DNA of 64,000 bases, taken from contig SVRK01000002.1 of NCBI GenBank assembly GCA_015064855.1, forward strand, positions 117,256 through 181,255. The letters are read 5' to 3'. The position numbers and the translations under genes were made by a program. A model generated the notes under the pieces. That model saw nothing but the letters and a program-made list of their open reading frames with translations, ran no database searches and was not told the origin of the DNA. Shown piece after piece: positions 9,903 to 19,692 of this stretch; position 1 is the stretch's first letter, and the number at the start of each line of letters is the position of its first letter. The stretch is from Oscillospiraceae bacterium. GTDB lineage: Bacteria > Bacillota > Clostridia > Oscillospirales > CAG-272.

Positions 9903-11012
9903 TTAATTTAAAATAATATCACAAATTCTATCAACGTCTTCTACTGTCAAGTCTGCATACATCGGCAATGTCAAAACGCATTCCGCCGCATGCTTTGCAA
10001 CAGGTGTGTTTTCTACTGTATAGCCATAATCCTTTGCGTAGCACTCAAGCTCGTTTGTCAATGGGTAGAAATACTTTCTTGCAAATACATTGTTTTCAGC
10101 AAGCTTTGCTTGAACCTCGTTTCTATCCATTTTATATCCGTCAAAGAATACCGGGAAATATGAATAGTTTTGTCTTACACCCTCTTGTGGGGCAATCAAT
10201 TTGATTCCCTCAACGCCAGAGAGTCTTTCAACGTAACGGTCTGCCGCTAGCTTTCTCTTTGCAATTTCATCATCAATATGACGAAGGTTGCAAATACCCA
10301 TAGCCGCTTCATATTCATTCATTCTTGCGTTTGTACTAACGTAAGCAACTGATTCGTGGCTTGTAAAGCCAAAGTTTGTTAATTGGTCAACCTTTTTAAA
10401 TATTTCTTCCTCCTTAAAGGTTGTAATACCACCCTCGATAGTGTGGAACACCTTTGTTGCGTGACAGCTAAACATAGCCGCGTCACCGAAGGTGCCAACG
10501 CCAACGCCGCCAATAGTTACACCAAAGGCGTGTGCTGCATCGTAAATAACCTTTAAGTTATGCTTTTTAGCAATTTCTTCAATTTTCTTAACGTCGCATA
10601 CGTAGCCATAAACGTGTGTTGCTACAATAGCGCATGTCTTATCAGTGATAAGCTCTTCAATTTTGGAAGCATCAATTGTGTAATCTACATCGTTAATATC
10701 GCAGAAAACAGGAATTAGGCCATTTCTTGCTATTGAGTGGGTGGTTGAGCAGTGTGTATATGGGGTTGTAATAACCTCGCTACCCTTTTTAAAGCCAAAC
10801 GCATCTATTGCAACCTCAAGTGCAACGTGTCCGTTTGCAAAAAGCGCAACCTTGTCAGCACCCAAATATTTTTGAAGCATCTCTTCAAATTCTCTATGCT
10901 TCATACCTCTGTTTGAAAGCCATCTTGAATCCCAAAGGCTCTTTATTTCCTCACAATATTCCTCATATGAGGGCATTGATGACCTTGTAACATTTATTTT
11001 CTTCATTTCCAT
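9903..11012 (-). CDS. DegT/DnrJ/EryC1/StrS aminotransferase, VioA-like (dTDP-4-amino-4,6-dideoxy-sugar synthesis)
   Basis: IYDAAHAFGV and FSCHATKVFHTIEGG (PLP lysine). N-terminal INVTRSSMP...WLSNRG resembles VioA. Lies between rmlC and rmlA. Confidence 0.85.
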   Translation of the reverse strand: MEMKKINVTRSSMPSYEEYCEEIKSLWDSRWLSNRGMKHREFEEMLQKYLGADKVALFANGHVALEVAIDAFGFKKGSEVITTPYTHCSTTHSIARNGLIPVFCDINDVDYTIDASKIEELITDKTCAIVATHVYGYVCDVKKIEEIAKKHNLKVIYDAAHAFGVTIGGVGVGTFGDAAMFSCHATKVFHTIEGGITTFKEEEIFKKVDQLTNFGFTSHESVAYVSTNARMNEYEAAMGICNLRHIDDEIAKRKLAADRYVERLSGVEGIKLIAPQEGVRQNYSYFPVFFDGYKMDRNEVQAKLAENNVFARKYFYPLTNELECYAKDYGYTVENTPVAKHAAECVLTLPMYADLTVEDVDRICDIILN

Positions 11013-11027
11013 AATTAAAACTTCCTA

Positions 11028-11594
11028 TTATTTATTAATATTATTGTCGTAAACAAAATTGCAATCTGAATCTATAAGGCTTGGTGCGTTTTTGTCCTTT
11101 TCGGAAAGAACAAGCTCACTAAATCCCCACTCTATATTAAGAGTTTTGTCGCATGGATTTATTGAACGGTCGCAGGTTGGTTCATATAGATTATCAACCA
11201 AATATTCAATCTCGGAATTATCAACTAGATTGATTACCGCATGTGCAAAGCCCTTTGGAATAAAGAGCTGTTTTTTGTTTTCCTCGGACAATTCAACACA
11301 TACGTATTTTAGATACGTAGGAGATTTTTTTCTTAAATCAATTGCGTAATCATTAACTACACCCTTGGTGCATCTTACAAGCTTGGCTTGTGCGTAAGGC
11401 TCGTTTTGGAAATGGATTCCTCTTATCGTGCCTTTTTTTACTGAAAATGCACAGTTTTCTTGAACGGGATTAAACTCTATTCCGTTCTTTTTTAGTTCTC
11501 TTACGCTGAAAACCTCATTGAAGGAACCACGCTCGTCCTTAAAAACCCTAGGTTCAATAATCTTTACTTCTTTTATGCTTGTTTCGTTTATCAT
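11028..11594 (-). CDS. rmlC: dTDP-4-dehydrorhamnose 3,5-epimerase
   Basis: DERGSF, IRGIHFQ, QAKLVRC, IPKGFAH motifs. Confidence 0.93.
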   Translation of the reverse strand: MINETSIKEVKIIEPRVFKDERGSFNEVFSVRELKKNGIEFNPVQENCAFSVKKGTIRGIHFQNEPYAQAKLVRCTKGVVNDYAIDLRKKSPTYLKYVCVELSEENKKQLFIPKGFAHAVINLVDNSEIEYLVDNLYEPTCDRSINPCDKTLNIEWGFSELVLSEKDKNAPSLIDSDCNFVYDNNINK

Positions 11595-11606
11595 AGTTTT
11601 CCTCGA

Positions 11607-11999
11607 TTATTTTTCTTGGTCTTCTTTTGATTCTTCGTTTGCCACGGCATCGTCGGCTATGGCTTGATTTTCTTCAGCCTTTTTTGCGTCATCCATAGCC
11701 ATCAATTCTTCCTTTTTTTCCTTTGCAAGCTTATCTTTTTTTGCTTTTTTGGGGAACTTAAAGGTAATTTTGCCACCTATATACAAAGCAACAATACCAA
11801 TAATAACTGCTAAGGATGCTAACACTGCAACCCAAGGATAGTATTGCTTGTATAGAAATACGGAAATATTAGCGCCTGTCTCTCCGCCGATGATAATGGC
11901 TAATATAAACGGGATTACAGGTAAAAATCCTGCAAAAAGCGAAACAAGTATTGAAATGCCGTAGATTTTATTCATAACATTGTATATTTTTTCTCTCAT
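11607..11999 (-). CDS. Small two-TM membrane protein with charged tail
   Basis: Two hydrophobic helices and a K/E-rich C-terminus; directly downstream of the TRAP-like permease. Confidence 0.65.
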   Translation of the reverse strand: MREKIYNVMNKIYGISILVSLFAGFLPVIPFILAIIIGGETGANISVFLYKQYYPWVAVLASLAVIIGIVALYIGGKITFKFPKKAKKDKLAKEKKEELMAMDDAKKAEENQAIADDAVANEESKEDQEK

Positions 12000-12011
12000 A
12001 TGGCACCTCCA

Positions 12012-13403
12012 TTAAACTAAGCCGAACAGTAAAAACTGTCCACAAAGTATCATAATAGCCGACAATAGATAGTGCAAGCCTATCCAGACTGCGCAGTTTA
12101 AAAGCGTTGGCTTAGATTCGGACTGAGCAATACCCATAGCTGTATATACGCAAGCGCAATATGGAGGTGTTACTCCGTGCATAGCGCCACAAATGCAAGG
12201 CAGCATAGCAGCGGCAAGTAATGGACTGCCTCCTGCCAGTGCTATAATTGTAATGATTGTTCCGCCAAACATTGTAACCTGTGTTGAGCCGGGCAAAAGC
12301 ATACCAAGAATGGCTGTAAACAGAGGTAAAATGAGTGCAAGCACCCAAAGCGGCATATTCATTTCAGTGAAAAGAGTTGCAAGCTTGGCGTTAATTTCTG
12401 TATCCGCAAGTGCGTTACTCACAAAATAAGCAGCCATAACAAGCATAGATGTAGGAACCACGCCCTTCATTCCCTTGCAAGTGGCTTCAAGCATAAACTT
12501 AGGGGTCATTTTCTTTATAGTATCCTTGCCGGAAAGCAAAATACCAAAAATAACTATAGCAGCCGGAATTATTAAAATAATAGAATCATTAAATGATTTT
12601 GCTCCATTGACAATTACCTTGCCAGCTTCATCAACTACATTAAGTCTCGACTCAAAGAATGTATCAAATATGCTTGTCATTAAGAATGGTGCAAATACAA
12701 TAATTGGCAAAAAGATTGCTCTCCAACCTTTTTTCAAGGTTTGTTTGAAGCTTGGAATATCTTCCTTCTTCATTGGTTCAACCTTATAGAAGCGACACAT
12801 GCAATAAAGTGTGATTATTCTTTGAATAATAAACCAAGCAGCGATAACCCAAAGAACGATCCAAAATTGAGACATTGTATATTTGTCCGGATACATTGCA
12901 CTAAGATGCCCAAAGGCAACAGCAATCATTCCAGCCGGTGGAATCATATTACCCATTGTACTTGCGTGCGCCTCAACATTTGCCGCTAAATGTGGTGGAA
13001 ATTTTGACCTTTTCATTGCGGGTATAGTGAACACACCTGTTGTCGCAACGTTACCGGGGCCGCTTCCTGAAAGAGAGCCCATATATGTACTACCTATGAT
13101 AGCAACATAACCAGCACCGCCTCTTAATCTACCAAAGATAGATAAAATAAGTGCAACACAGTCATCAATTACCGAGGTTTTAGACAGCAGTGATGCCGAA
13201 ACAACAAACACGATAATAACATACATTTCAGGCTTGGTTATAGCATTCCAAATATAAGTGCCTATGCTTGACCATTTACCTGTTACAGCCACAAGCGCAA
13301 TAAATGCGACAAGCATGCCTTCATGTAGTGGTCTTTTTAATGCAGTAAAGAAGAATATTACTACTGCAAAGACCAAAACTAAATATAAAAATTCGATTGG
13401 CAT
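12012..13403 (-). CDS. TRAP transporter large permease (DctM-like, ion transporter superfamily)
   Basis: About 12 TM segments; GSLSGSGPGNVA, IPAMKR, GNMIPP and GVTPPY match DctM-type motifs. Confidence 0.75.
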   Translation of the reverse strand: MPIEFLYLVLVFAVVIFFFTALKRPLHEGMLVAFIALVAVTGKWSSIGTYIWNAITKPEMYVIIVFVVSASLLSKTSVIDDCVALILSIFGRLRGGAGYVAIIGSTYMGSLSGSGPGNVATTGVFTIPAMKRSKFPPHLAANVEAHASTMGNMIPPAGMIAVAFGHLSAMYPDKYTMSQFWIVLWVIAAWFIIQRIITLYCMCRFYKVEPMKKEDIPSFKQTLKKGWRAIFLPIIVFAPFLMTSIFDTFFESRLNVVDEAGKVIVNGAKSFNDSIILIIPAAIVIFGILLSGKDTIKKMTPKFMLEATCKGMKGVVPTSMLVMAAYFVSNALADTEINAKLATLFTEMNMPLWVLALILPLFTAILGMLLPGSTQVTMFGGTIITIIALAGGSPLLAAAMLPCICGAMHGVTPPYCACVYTAMGIAQSESKPTLLNCAVWIGLHYLLSAIMILCGQFLLFGLV

Positions 13404-13418
13404 ATTTTCCTTTTTCCT

Positions 13419-14723
13419 TTATTTTTGCTTTCTTTTTAGATATATTGACGGGTCGAATTTGGAAACCAACATATCATTTCCTTCTTGGTCATATATCTTT
13501 AGTGTCTTATAAATAAATTCTGTTGTATCCCTTGCATCCTCATCGCTTTGGCAAACAAGGTCAATCTCGGCAAAACGTTGGTTTACGTTATGGGTTTCAA
13601 CTATTGTATCTCCAACCGAAAATCTAGTAAACATCGCGACAACATATGGGTGGTTTCTGATTTCCTCAACACCCTCAATTTTTGAGATTGTTCCTGCGCG
13701 AAGTGTTGGTAAAACCTGCGCTATTGTCTTTCCATTTACGTAAATATCGTTTTCGGAAATATCCTGAAGTGTGTTTTTAATTTCTCCAGTCAATGCAAAT
13801 TCTACAAGTGGAAACATTGGATTTTTGCCTGTGGCTATAGTGAACATTCTTTCATATTCTCCACCTGGCAAGCGAAGACCCGGATCGTAGAAACGAACAG
13901 TATCTCCGTCAACAAAGCCTTGCATAAAAACAGGCGCATTTACAATGCCTATATCTCTATAAAGCTTTTCAACTCTTTTATGAACGTTTTCCATATATAT
14001 TTTTGTAAAGATAGATGGAGATGCTGAGCCAACCGCCAATTTATCAAGCTTGTCCTCGTATTTACCAAGGATTCTATCAACTGTACGGATTGGATATGCG
14101 TTTCCGTTTATCATAAGAATTGTCATTGAAAAGTCATTTGCTTGACCCATATATTTTTCTATAACGACAGCACCATTTGAGCTTTCCTTTTTTGCAAACT
14201 CAATTGCACCCTTTGTTTCCTCGTATGAATAGCAAATAGACTGCCCTCGTGAGCCACGGCTCTCGCCCGGCTTTACAAGAATAGGAAATTCTACATTTTT
14301 ATTGCAAATTTCTTCTGTTTCAAAATCGCTTTCTCTATATTCAGGGATTGTGTCAACTCCACTTTTTTTACAATGAGATTTGAATAAATTTTTATCTGTT
14401 AATATATCGAATTGCTCCTTTGTGCCAAAGCAAGGAAGCTTTAATGCTTCGCAAAGCCTTTGATACGGTTTTTGGCACGCATCAAGTGACGTTGAGATAA
14501 CTCCATCTATTTTCTCTTCCATGCACATTTTAGCCATTCCCTCAATATCGGTAATGTTGTACATAAAATATTTATCTGCTATTTGCTTTGCAGGTGCGTT
14601 TTCAAGAGGTAAATAGTCAGTTACGTACGTAATTACACCTAGTTCCTTTGCGGCTTCAACAAGCTTACAATGTTGAAATGCACCACCCATAACCAACAGC
14701 TTTTTGCCTTCTAAATTATACAT
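13419..14723 (-). CDS. ATP-grasp domain protein
   Basis: DKNLFK, FPILVKPGESRGSRG, VVIEKYM and DPGLRLPGG motifs. Confidence 0.8.
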   Translation of the reverse strand: MYNLEGKKLLVMGGAFQHCKLVEAAKELGVITYVTDYLPLENAPAKQIADKYFMYNITDIEGMAKMCMEEKIDGVISTSLDACQKPYQRLCEALKLPCFGTKEQFDILTDKNLFKSHCKKSGVDTIPEYRESDFETEEICNKNVEFPILVKPGESRGSRGQSICYSYEETKGAIEFAKKESSNGAVVIEKYMGQANDFSMTILMINGNAYPIRTVDRILGKYEDKLDKLAVGSASPSIFTKIYMENVHKRVEKLYRDIGIVNAPVFMQGFVDGDTVRFYDPGLRLPGGEYERMFTIATGKNPMFPLVEFALTGEIKNTLQDISENDIYVNGKTIAQVLPTLRAGTISKIEGVEEIRNHPYVVAMFTRFSVGDTIVETHNVNQRFAEIDLVCQSDEDARDTTEFIYKTLKIYDQEGNDMLVSKFDPSIYLKRKQK

Positions 14724-14737
14724 TGGTTCTCCTCTAA

Positions 14738-15742
14738 TTATATTTTTGTTATTGTTAGCTCTTTATATCCAATAGAGCCGATTTCCGCTTTTAATGATTC
14801 ATCAGGTACAAATTCACCCTTGCACCAGCTTGTTATAGCCTTTGGAAGATTGCATCCAGCCATATGACTAAACGGATATCCACCGCCAAAGCGCGCGTTC
14901 ATTTCGAGTATATACGGCTTACCGTCAACTAAAAATACGTCAACGTCCATATTCGCTATATGATTTGTAAGCTCGCCTAAGCGCTTTGTTTCATTGTATA
15001 TACTTGGCTCATCAACAAGCTCGGCAATATCGGTTTCGCCCGCACGCATAGCTAATTTTCTTTTAACTATTGCGTTTTTAAAATTACCGTCTAAATCGTT
15101 TATAATATCAACACCGTATTCCTGTCCTTTAAGACATTCCTGATATATGATTTTATCATCAACAGAGGATGACTCGTATCTTAGATAGCTTTTATTTATT
15201 GTTCTTGTGTTTCTTCTGAAATAGTAAAGAAGTGCCATTTCATCCTCGGCAACGGATAGCGCGATTGAGCCACATCCAAAGCGAGGCTTAACAATGATAG
15301 GATAGCTTATTTCTCCCCTGTCAAGAGCATTTATCGTATCCTCAAGAGTTAAATAGGTTTTAGGCACGTTGAATCCGTTTTCCTTTAAAAACTCATAGCT
15401 TTTCCATTTGTCATTGCAAATTTCTATAAGCTCGGGCTCGGAAACTATCACCCTTGTTCCTATTTTTTCAAATTCCTTCTTGCTTCTTGCTAAAATCAAA
15501 AGGTCTATATCAAAAAGCGATATTAAAATATCTATTTTATTTTCCTTGCAATAGGCCAAGAGAAATGGTATGTAATTTTCGTCATAAATAAGTGGTGAAA
15601 TAATGCTTTGGTCAGCATAATGAAAGGCAACGGTTTTATCATCCGAGTTGCAAACGTGCACCTTTCCACTTTCAATAAGCGCTTCCTTAAAATATTTCAC
15701 CATATAGGCACGCCTGCCTACCGAGGTAAGTAAAACGTTCAT
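14738..15742 (-). CDS. ATP-grasp domain protein (carbamoyl-phosphate-synthase-like, polysaccharide-locus type)
   Basis: MNVLLTSVGRR, CNDKW, YPIIVKPRFGCGS and LEMNARFGGG motifs. Confidence 0.85.
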   Translation of the reverse strand: MNVLLTSVGRRAYMVKYFKEALIESGKVHVCNSDDKTVAFHYADQSIISPLIYDENYIPFLLAYCKENKIDILISLFDIDLLILARSKKEFEKIGTRVIVSEPELIEICNDKWKSYEFLKENGFNVPKTYLTLEDTINALDRGEISYPIIVKPRFGCGSIALSVAEDEMALLYYFRRNTRTINKSYLRYESSSVDDKIIYQECLKGQEYGVDIINDLDGNFKNAIVKRKLAMRAGETDIAELVDEPSIYNETKRLGELTNHIANMDVDVFLVDGKPYILEMNARFGGGYPFSHMAGCNLPKAITSWCKGEFVPDESLKAEIGSIGYKELTITKI

Positions 15743-15751
15743 TTTTGTCCT

Positions 15752-16216
15752 CTATTTGTCAAAATAATAAATTAAATGTAAATCTTCTTTTCTTGGCTCG
15801 TTTTCTATTTTATATTGGACGAAGCCGATTTTTTTATATAGATTAACTGCGGGGATATTCGAAGGCGCCGCATATAAATGCACAGCTTTAATTTTTTTAG
15901 ATTTACAAATCTCAAAAAAGTCCTCTATTATTCCCTTTGCATATCCCTTTCCCCGTGCACATTCAAGTGTTGCAAGAATCGTTATATATGCTATATTATC
16001 AACTATATTTTCTGTGTATCCCGCCACCATAGCGACAATTTCCTCATTCTCGTGCTTTACAACAACGGTGGCTTTTTCAAAGAGCTTTTTAGAAAAGCAT
16101 TTTAAGTCCTGCTTCTTTGAAAGCGGAATGGGAAATTTATCATCAACCTTTTGTAAAAAGCGATATATTTCCCCTTCGGTTATCATTTTATCATTATTGA
16201 TTTTCATTTGTTGCAT
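15752..16216 (-). CDS. GNAT family N-acetyltransferase
   Basis: RGKGYAK acetyl-CoA motif and N..AVNLYKKIGF. Start may be 16207. Confidence 0.85.
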   Translation of the reverse strand: MQQMKINNDKMITEGEIYRFLQKVDDKFPIPLSKKQDLKCFSKKLFEKATVVVKHENEEIVAMVAGYTENIVDNIAYITILATLECARGKGYAKGIIEDFFEICKSKKIKAVHLYAAPSNIPAVNLYKKIGFVQYKIENEPRKEDLHLIYYFDK

Positions 16217-17697
16217 TTTCTTTTTTTCTTGAAAAATTTACCAAATTTGCCGCCAAGCTTATTTGAGAGGGTTCTTTTCATTATTCCCCAAACTATTATG
16301 TATGGCTTTGGCTTGAAGATAATACAAAGCACAACGTAAGTAACAACTCCTGTTGCAATTTGTATTATAAGAGTTAAAATTGGCGCTATCGGAATCATAC
16401 TGATAGCATATACTATTCCACCCATTACGGCAGATATTATGAGTGATGGCAAAACGTCACGCACCATATCAAAAAGTGAATATCCAACATATTTCTTTAC
16501 GTAATGCGAGGTTATAAACAAATTGATTGACGATGCAGCTATTGAGCCGAGCATTATTGCGTAAATTCCCATAGGAATGCACACAAATATCATAAGAAGG
16601 GTTATTCCCTTTCCTATTAGCGACAGCTTTAATGTCACATTGCTTTTGCCAAGTGCATTTAAAGCGTGTGTACGATGTGCCAAAGGCCAGAACATACAAA
16701 TAATGCAGGAAAGCTGCATAAAAGGAACGCTTGGCAACCATTTTTCAGTGAGTAAAACAAGTGTTAGTGGCTCTGCTATCGCCATCATGCCAAACATAGC
16801 CGGCAAAACAATAAACATACTTGCCGAGATTGATTTACTAACCGCTGCCTTTAACGCCTTCACATCGTTTTGCAGCTTTGAAAACGTTGGGTATAAAACC
16901 TCTGTCATACTACCATCAAGCGAGGTCATTGCCACCTGAGGAGTTTGCTGACCTCTTTGGTAATATCCAAGCTCGGCAGTATTAAATGCCTTACCTATGA
17001 TAAGTGAATGAATATTATTAAAAACCGTATTTAAAAGATTTGTGGCTAACACCTTTGAGCTGAATGAAAAGAGCTTCTTAACACGCTCAAACGAAAAGGT
17101 TAGTTTAGGCCACCAATCAACAGTCGCCATTAAGACAAGCGCGCCCACTAAGGTGCCAAACACCTTTGAATAAACCATAGCCCAAGCACCTGCACCTAAA
17201 AATGCAAAGGTAATACCAACTATACCTTGCACGGAAACGTTTGATATATTTCTTATAAAGCTCTTTTTAAAATCAAGCTGCCTTGAAAGTATTGCGTTTG
17301 GCACTGCCGCAAATGCTCCAAACAAGACGTTTAGAGAAAGCACTCTCATTATATCGGTTAGCGAAGGCTCGTTATAAAAGCTTGCTATTATAGGCGCAAT
17401 TAAAAACAGTATCGCATAAAGTACACACGACATTGCGATATTAGCGAAAAATACAGACGAATAATCCTTCTCATCTGCGCTTTTCTTTTGAATAAGTGCG
17501 GTTGTTAATCCCTGTAAAATGAACACGTCGGATATTGTAATAAAGATAGTCAAAAGTCCGACAAGTCCATATTCCTCTGGCAAAAGAAGTCTTGCAAGAA
17601 CGATTTGTATGACAAGCTGCATGCCTTGTCCGCATATCTTTTCAAGGAATTTCCAAATCATTCCTCCAAGCGCCCTTTTTTGCAAATTTTGATCCAT
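16204..17697 (-). CDS. wzx: Wzx polysaccharide flippase (WzxC-like)
   Basis: LARLLLPEEYG, ALIQKK, multi-TM MOP-family pattern. Confidence 0.9.
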   Translation of the reverse strand: MDQNLQKRALGGMIWKFLEKICGQGMQLVIQIVLARLLLPEEYGLVGLLTIFITISDVFILQGLTTALIQKKSADEKDYSSVFFANIAMSCVLYAILFLIAPIIASFYNEPSLTDIMRVLSLNVLFGAFAAVPNAILSRQLDFKKSFIRNISNVSVQGIVGITFAFLGAGAWAMVYSKVFGTLVGALVLMATVDWWPKLTFSFERVKKLFSFSSKVLATNLLNTVFNNIHSLIIGKAFNTAELGYYQRGQQTPQVAMTSLDGSMTEVLYPTFSKLQNDVKALKAAVSKSISASMFIVLPAMFGMMAIAEPLTLVLLTEKWLPSVPFMQLSCIICMFWPLAHRTHALNALGKSNVTLKLSLIGKGITLLMIFVCIPMGIYAIMLGSIAASSINLFITSHYVKKYVGYSLFDMVRDVLPSLIISAVMGGIVYAISMIPIAPILTLIIQIATGVVTYVVLCIIFKPKPYIIVWGIMKRTLSNKLGGKFGKFFKKKRKCNK

Positions 17698-18731
17698 TAT
17701 TTTTCTATCTTTCTTTTCTTAAATTTCTTCTTAATTACTTTGAACAAATCTCCATAACGTAAAAGAATAAAAAATCTTTCTATTCTTCTTACAAATTTTG
17801 TCCAAGGCGCGTTATAAGCCATTATCCTATTGCGCTTTTTCTCATATTTTTCATCATTGAAAACATATTTTGCGTGATTTAGAGGGAACTCTATCTCGTA
17901 TGTCTTCATATTGAAAACACGGCGAAATCCTCGCGGAAATTTCTTTAACTCATCCATATGCGCGGAGTCCTTACCTGCGCCTATGTTAGATATCATATTG
18001 TATTTAGGAATAATTTGTAAACGATTTTGTGCATACATATTAAACTCGTACCAAAATTCTCCGCCTGCTACGTGTCCCTCGTAATATTCTTGTTTTGAAT
18101 ATGCATCAATTCTATTCCAAGCCATTTTGTTTTTCTTCGTATGCTTTTTGAGGTTTTTCATGACATACTCGTCTTGTCCGTACGAAAAATCCCCACGCTC
18201 CATAACGACGCGACGCCAAGTAGCAACGCCCCAAATAGAGCCTTGACGAGAGAAGAAATAATCAGCATTTACGTCTTCGTACACGCCCAAGTGGTTCATA
18301 CCACAAACACACTCTATTCTTTGGTCGTCCTTATATTTTTCAAGAAGCTCTGCACAGTATCTAAAAAACGAAACTGAAGGAATAATATCATCCTCTAAAA
18401 GAATGCATCTATCTACCTTTTCCCAGAGGAAAGCGGCAACCTTTTTACTCATTGCATAAAGTCCTTGGTTTGTTTCCTCATAGAGCTTATATACCGTACA
18501 GTCCCAGTCGATTTCATTATCGAACATTGCTCTGCCTTTGTTTATAGCATCCCATTCCTTTTCGCTTCTGCCACCGTCTGATTGGATAAACAAAATGCTG
18601 GGACGTGCTTTTTTGAGAACCTCAAATTGCTCTCTTAAGCACTCATATCTTATCCAAATATTAACCTTTACGGGAACGTCAACTAAGAACGGCTTTAATT
18701 CTAACATTTCAATTCTCCTTGACCTTGTCAT
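17697..18731 (-). CDS. Glycosyltransferase-like nucleotide-diphospho-sugar transferase (HlpA-like)
   Basis: QSDGGR, NQGL, ILLEDD, WGVATW and ISNIG match this GT-A-like family. Confidence 0.7.
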   Translation of the reverse strand: MTRSRRIEMLELKPFLVDVPVKVNIWIRYECLREQFEVLKKARPSILFIQSDGGRSEKEWDAINKGRAMFDNEIDWDCTVYKLYEETNQGLYAMSKKVAAFLWEKVDRCILLEDDIIPSVSFFRYCAELLEKYKDDQRIECVCGMNHLGVYEDVNADYFFSRQGSIWGVATWRRVVMERGDFSYGQDEYVMKNLKKHTKKNKMAWNRIDAYSKQEYYEGHVAGGEFWYEFNMYAQNRLQIIPKYNMISNIGAGKDSAHMDELKKFPRGFRRVFNMKTYEIEFPLNHAKYVFNDEKYEKKRNRIMAYNAPWTKFVRRIERFFILLRYGDLFKVIKKKFKKRKIEK

Positions 18732-18736
18732 TCTTG

Positions 18737-19678
18737 TTAAATCATTTTTTTATTTTTTAATTTATACAAGAATTTGTATATAAAATATCTTCTTCCTTTG
18801 ACTACCGAAAACCATTTTTTGTCAAACTCAATAACAGGAACAAAATATTCTTTATTTTTTATAACGTATTTTATTAATTCTCTTTCGATTTTTGTATATC
18901 CCTTTGCACGACCACTGCACATTTTATAAAGCAATGCCAAATTAGCCTTTATCTGCAAATTTATCATTTTATCATTATATTGGGGATAATACTGATTGAT
19001 AATTTCGATTTTTCTTTTTGCGAAATATAATATATCGAAATATTTTTCGGAAAACGCGCTCCTTGATGCACTGTTGGGGGTTGGATACACCTTATATGCG
19101 TCCTCGTTTAAATGCAAAACCCGTGGCTTTTTTAGAGCACACAAAAAATTGAAAAAGCTATCCTCGTGAATTGCTTTGCCCTCGGTAAAACGGATATCTT
19201 CTATAAAGCTCCTTTTATAAAGCTTTCTTATTGAATAGCCAATCGGGTGGTCATTTATGCAGTTAATCAAATAACTCTCTCCCGACATTTGATATATACG
19301 AGAGTTGGTCTTTAAAAGCTTGGCAGGATTAACAATATCCGCATCAGCTTCAATTAAACACTCTACCATGTTTTCAACGCTATATGGTAATAGCTCGTCG
19401 TCAGCATCCAAAAACACAATATACTCGCCACTTGAATTGTCTATTCCTATGTTTCGCGCTCTGCTGACTCCGCCATTATCCGTAGATATTACCTTAATAT
19501 TGGTATGCTTTTGTGAATATTCTTCAATTATTTCGCCGGTTTTATCAGTAGAACCATCGTTGATTATAATTATTTCAATGTCATCATATGTTTGCCTTAA
19601 TGCCGATTCTATAGCTCTTTCTATATAAGACTGCGCGTTGTATGCAGGAATTATAATGCTTGTTTTACCGTTTTTCAT
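18737..19678 (-). CDS. Glycosyltransferase family 2
   Basis: SIIIPAYN, INDGSTD, GVSRARN, FLDADD. Confidence 0.93.
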   Translation of the reverse strand: MKNGKTSIIIPAYNAQSYIERAIESALRQTYDDIEIIIINDGSTDKTGEIIEEYSQKHTNIKVISTDNGGVSRARNIGIDNSSGEYIVFLDADDELLPYSVENMVECLIEADADIVNPAKLLKTNSRIYQMSGESYLINCINDHPIGYSIRKLYKRSFIEDIRFTEGKAIHEDSFFNFLCALKKPRVLHLNEDAYKVYPTPNSASRSAFSEKYFDILYFAKRKIEIINQYYPQYNDKMINLQIKANLALLYKMCSGRAKGYTKIERELIKYVIKNKEYFVPVIEFDKKWFSVVKGRRYFIYKFLYKLKNKKMI

Positions 19679-19692
19679 TTTTCCCTCTGCAT

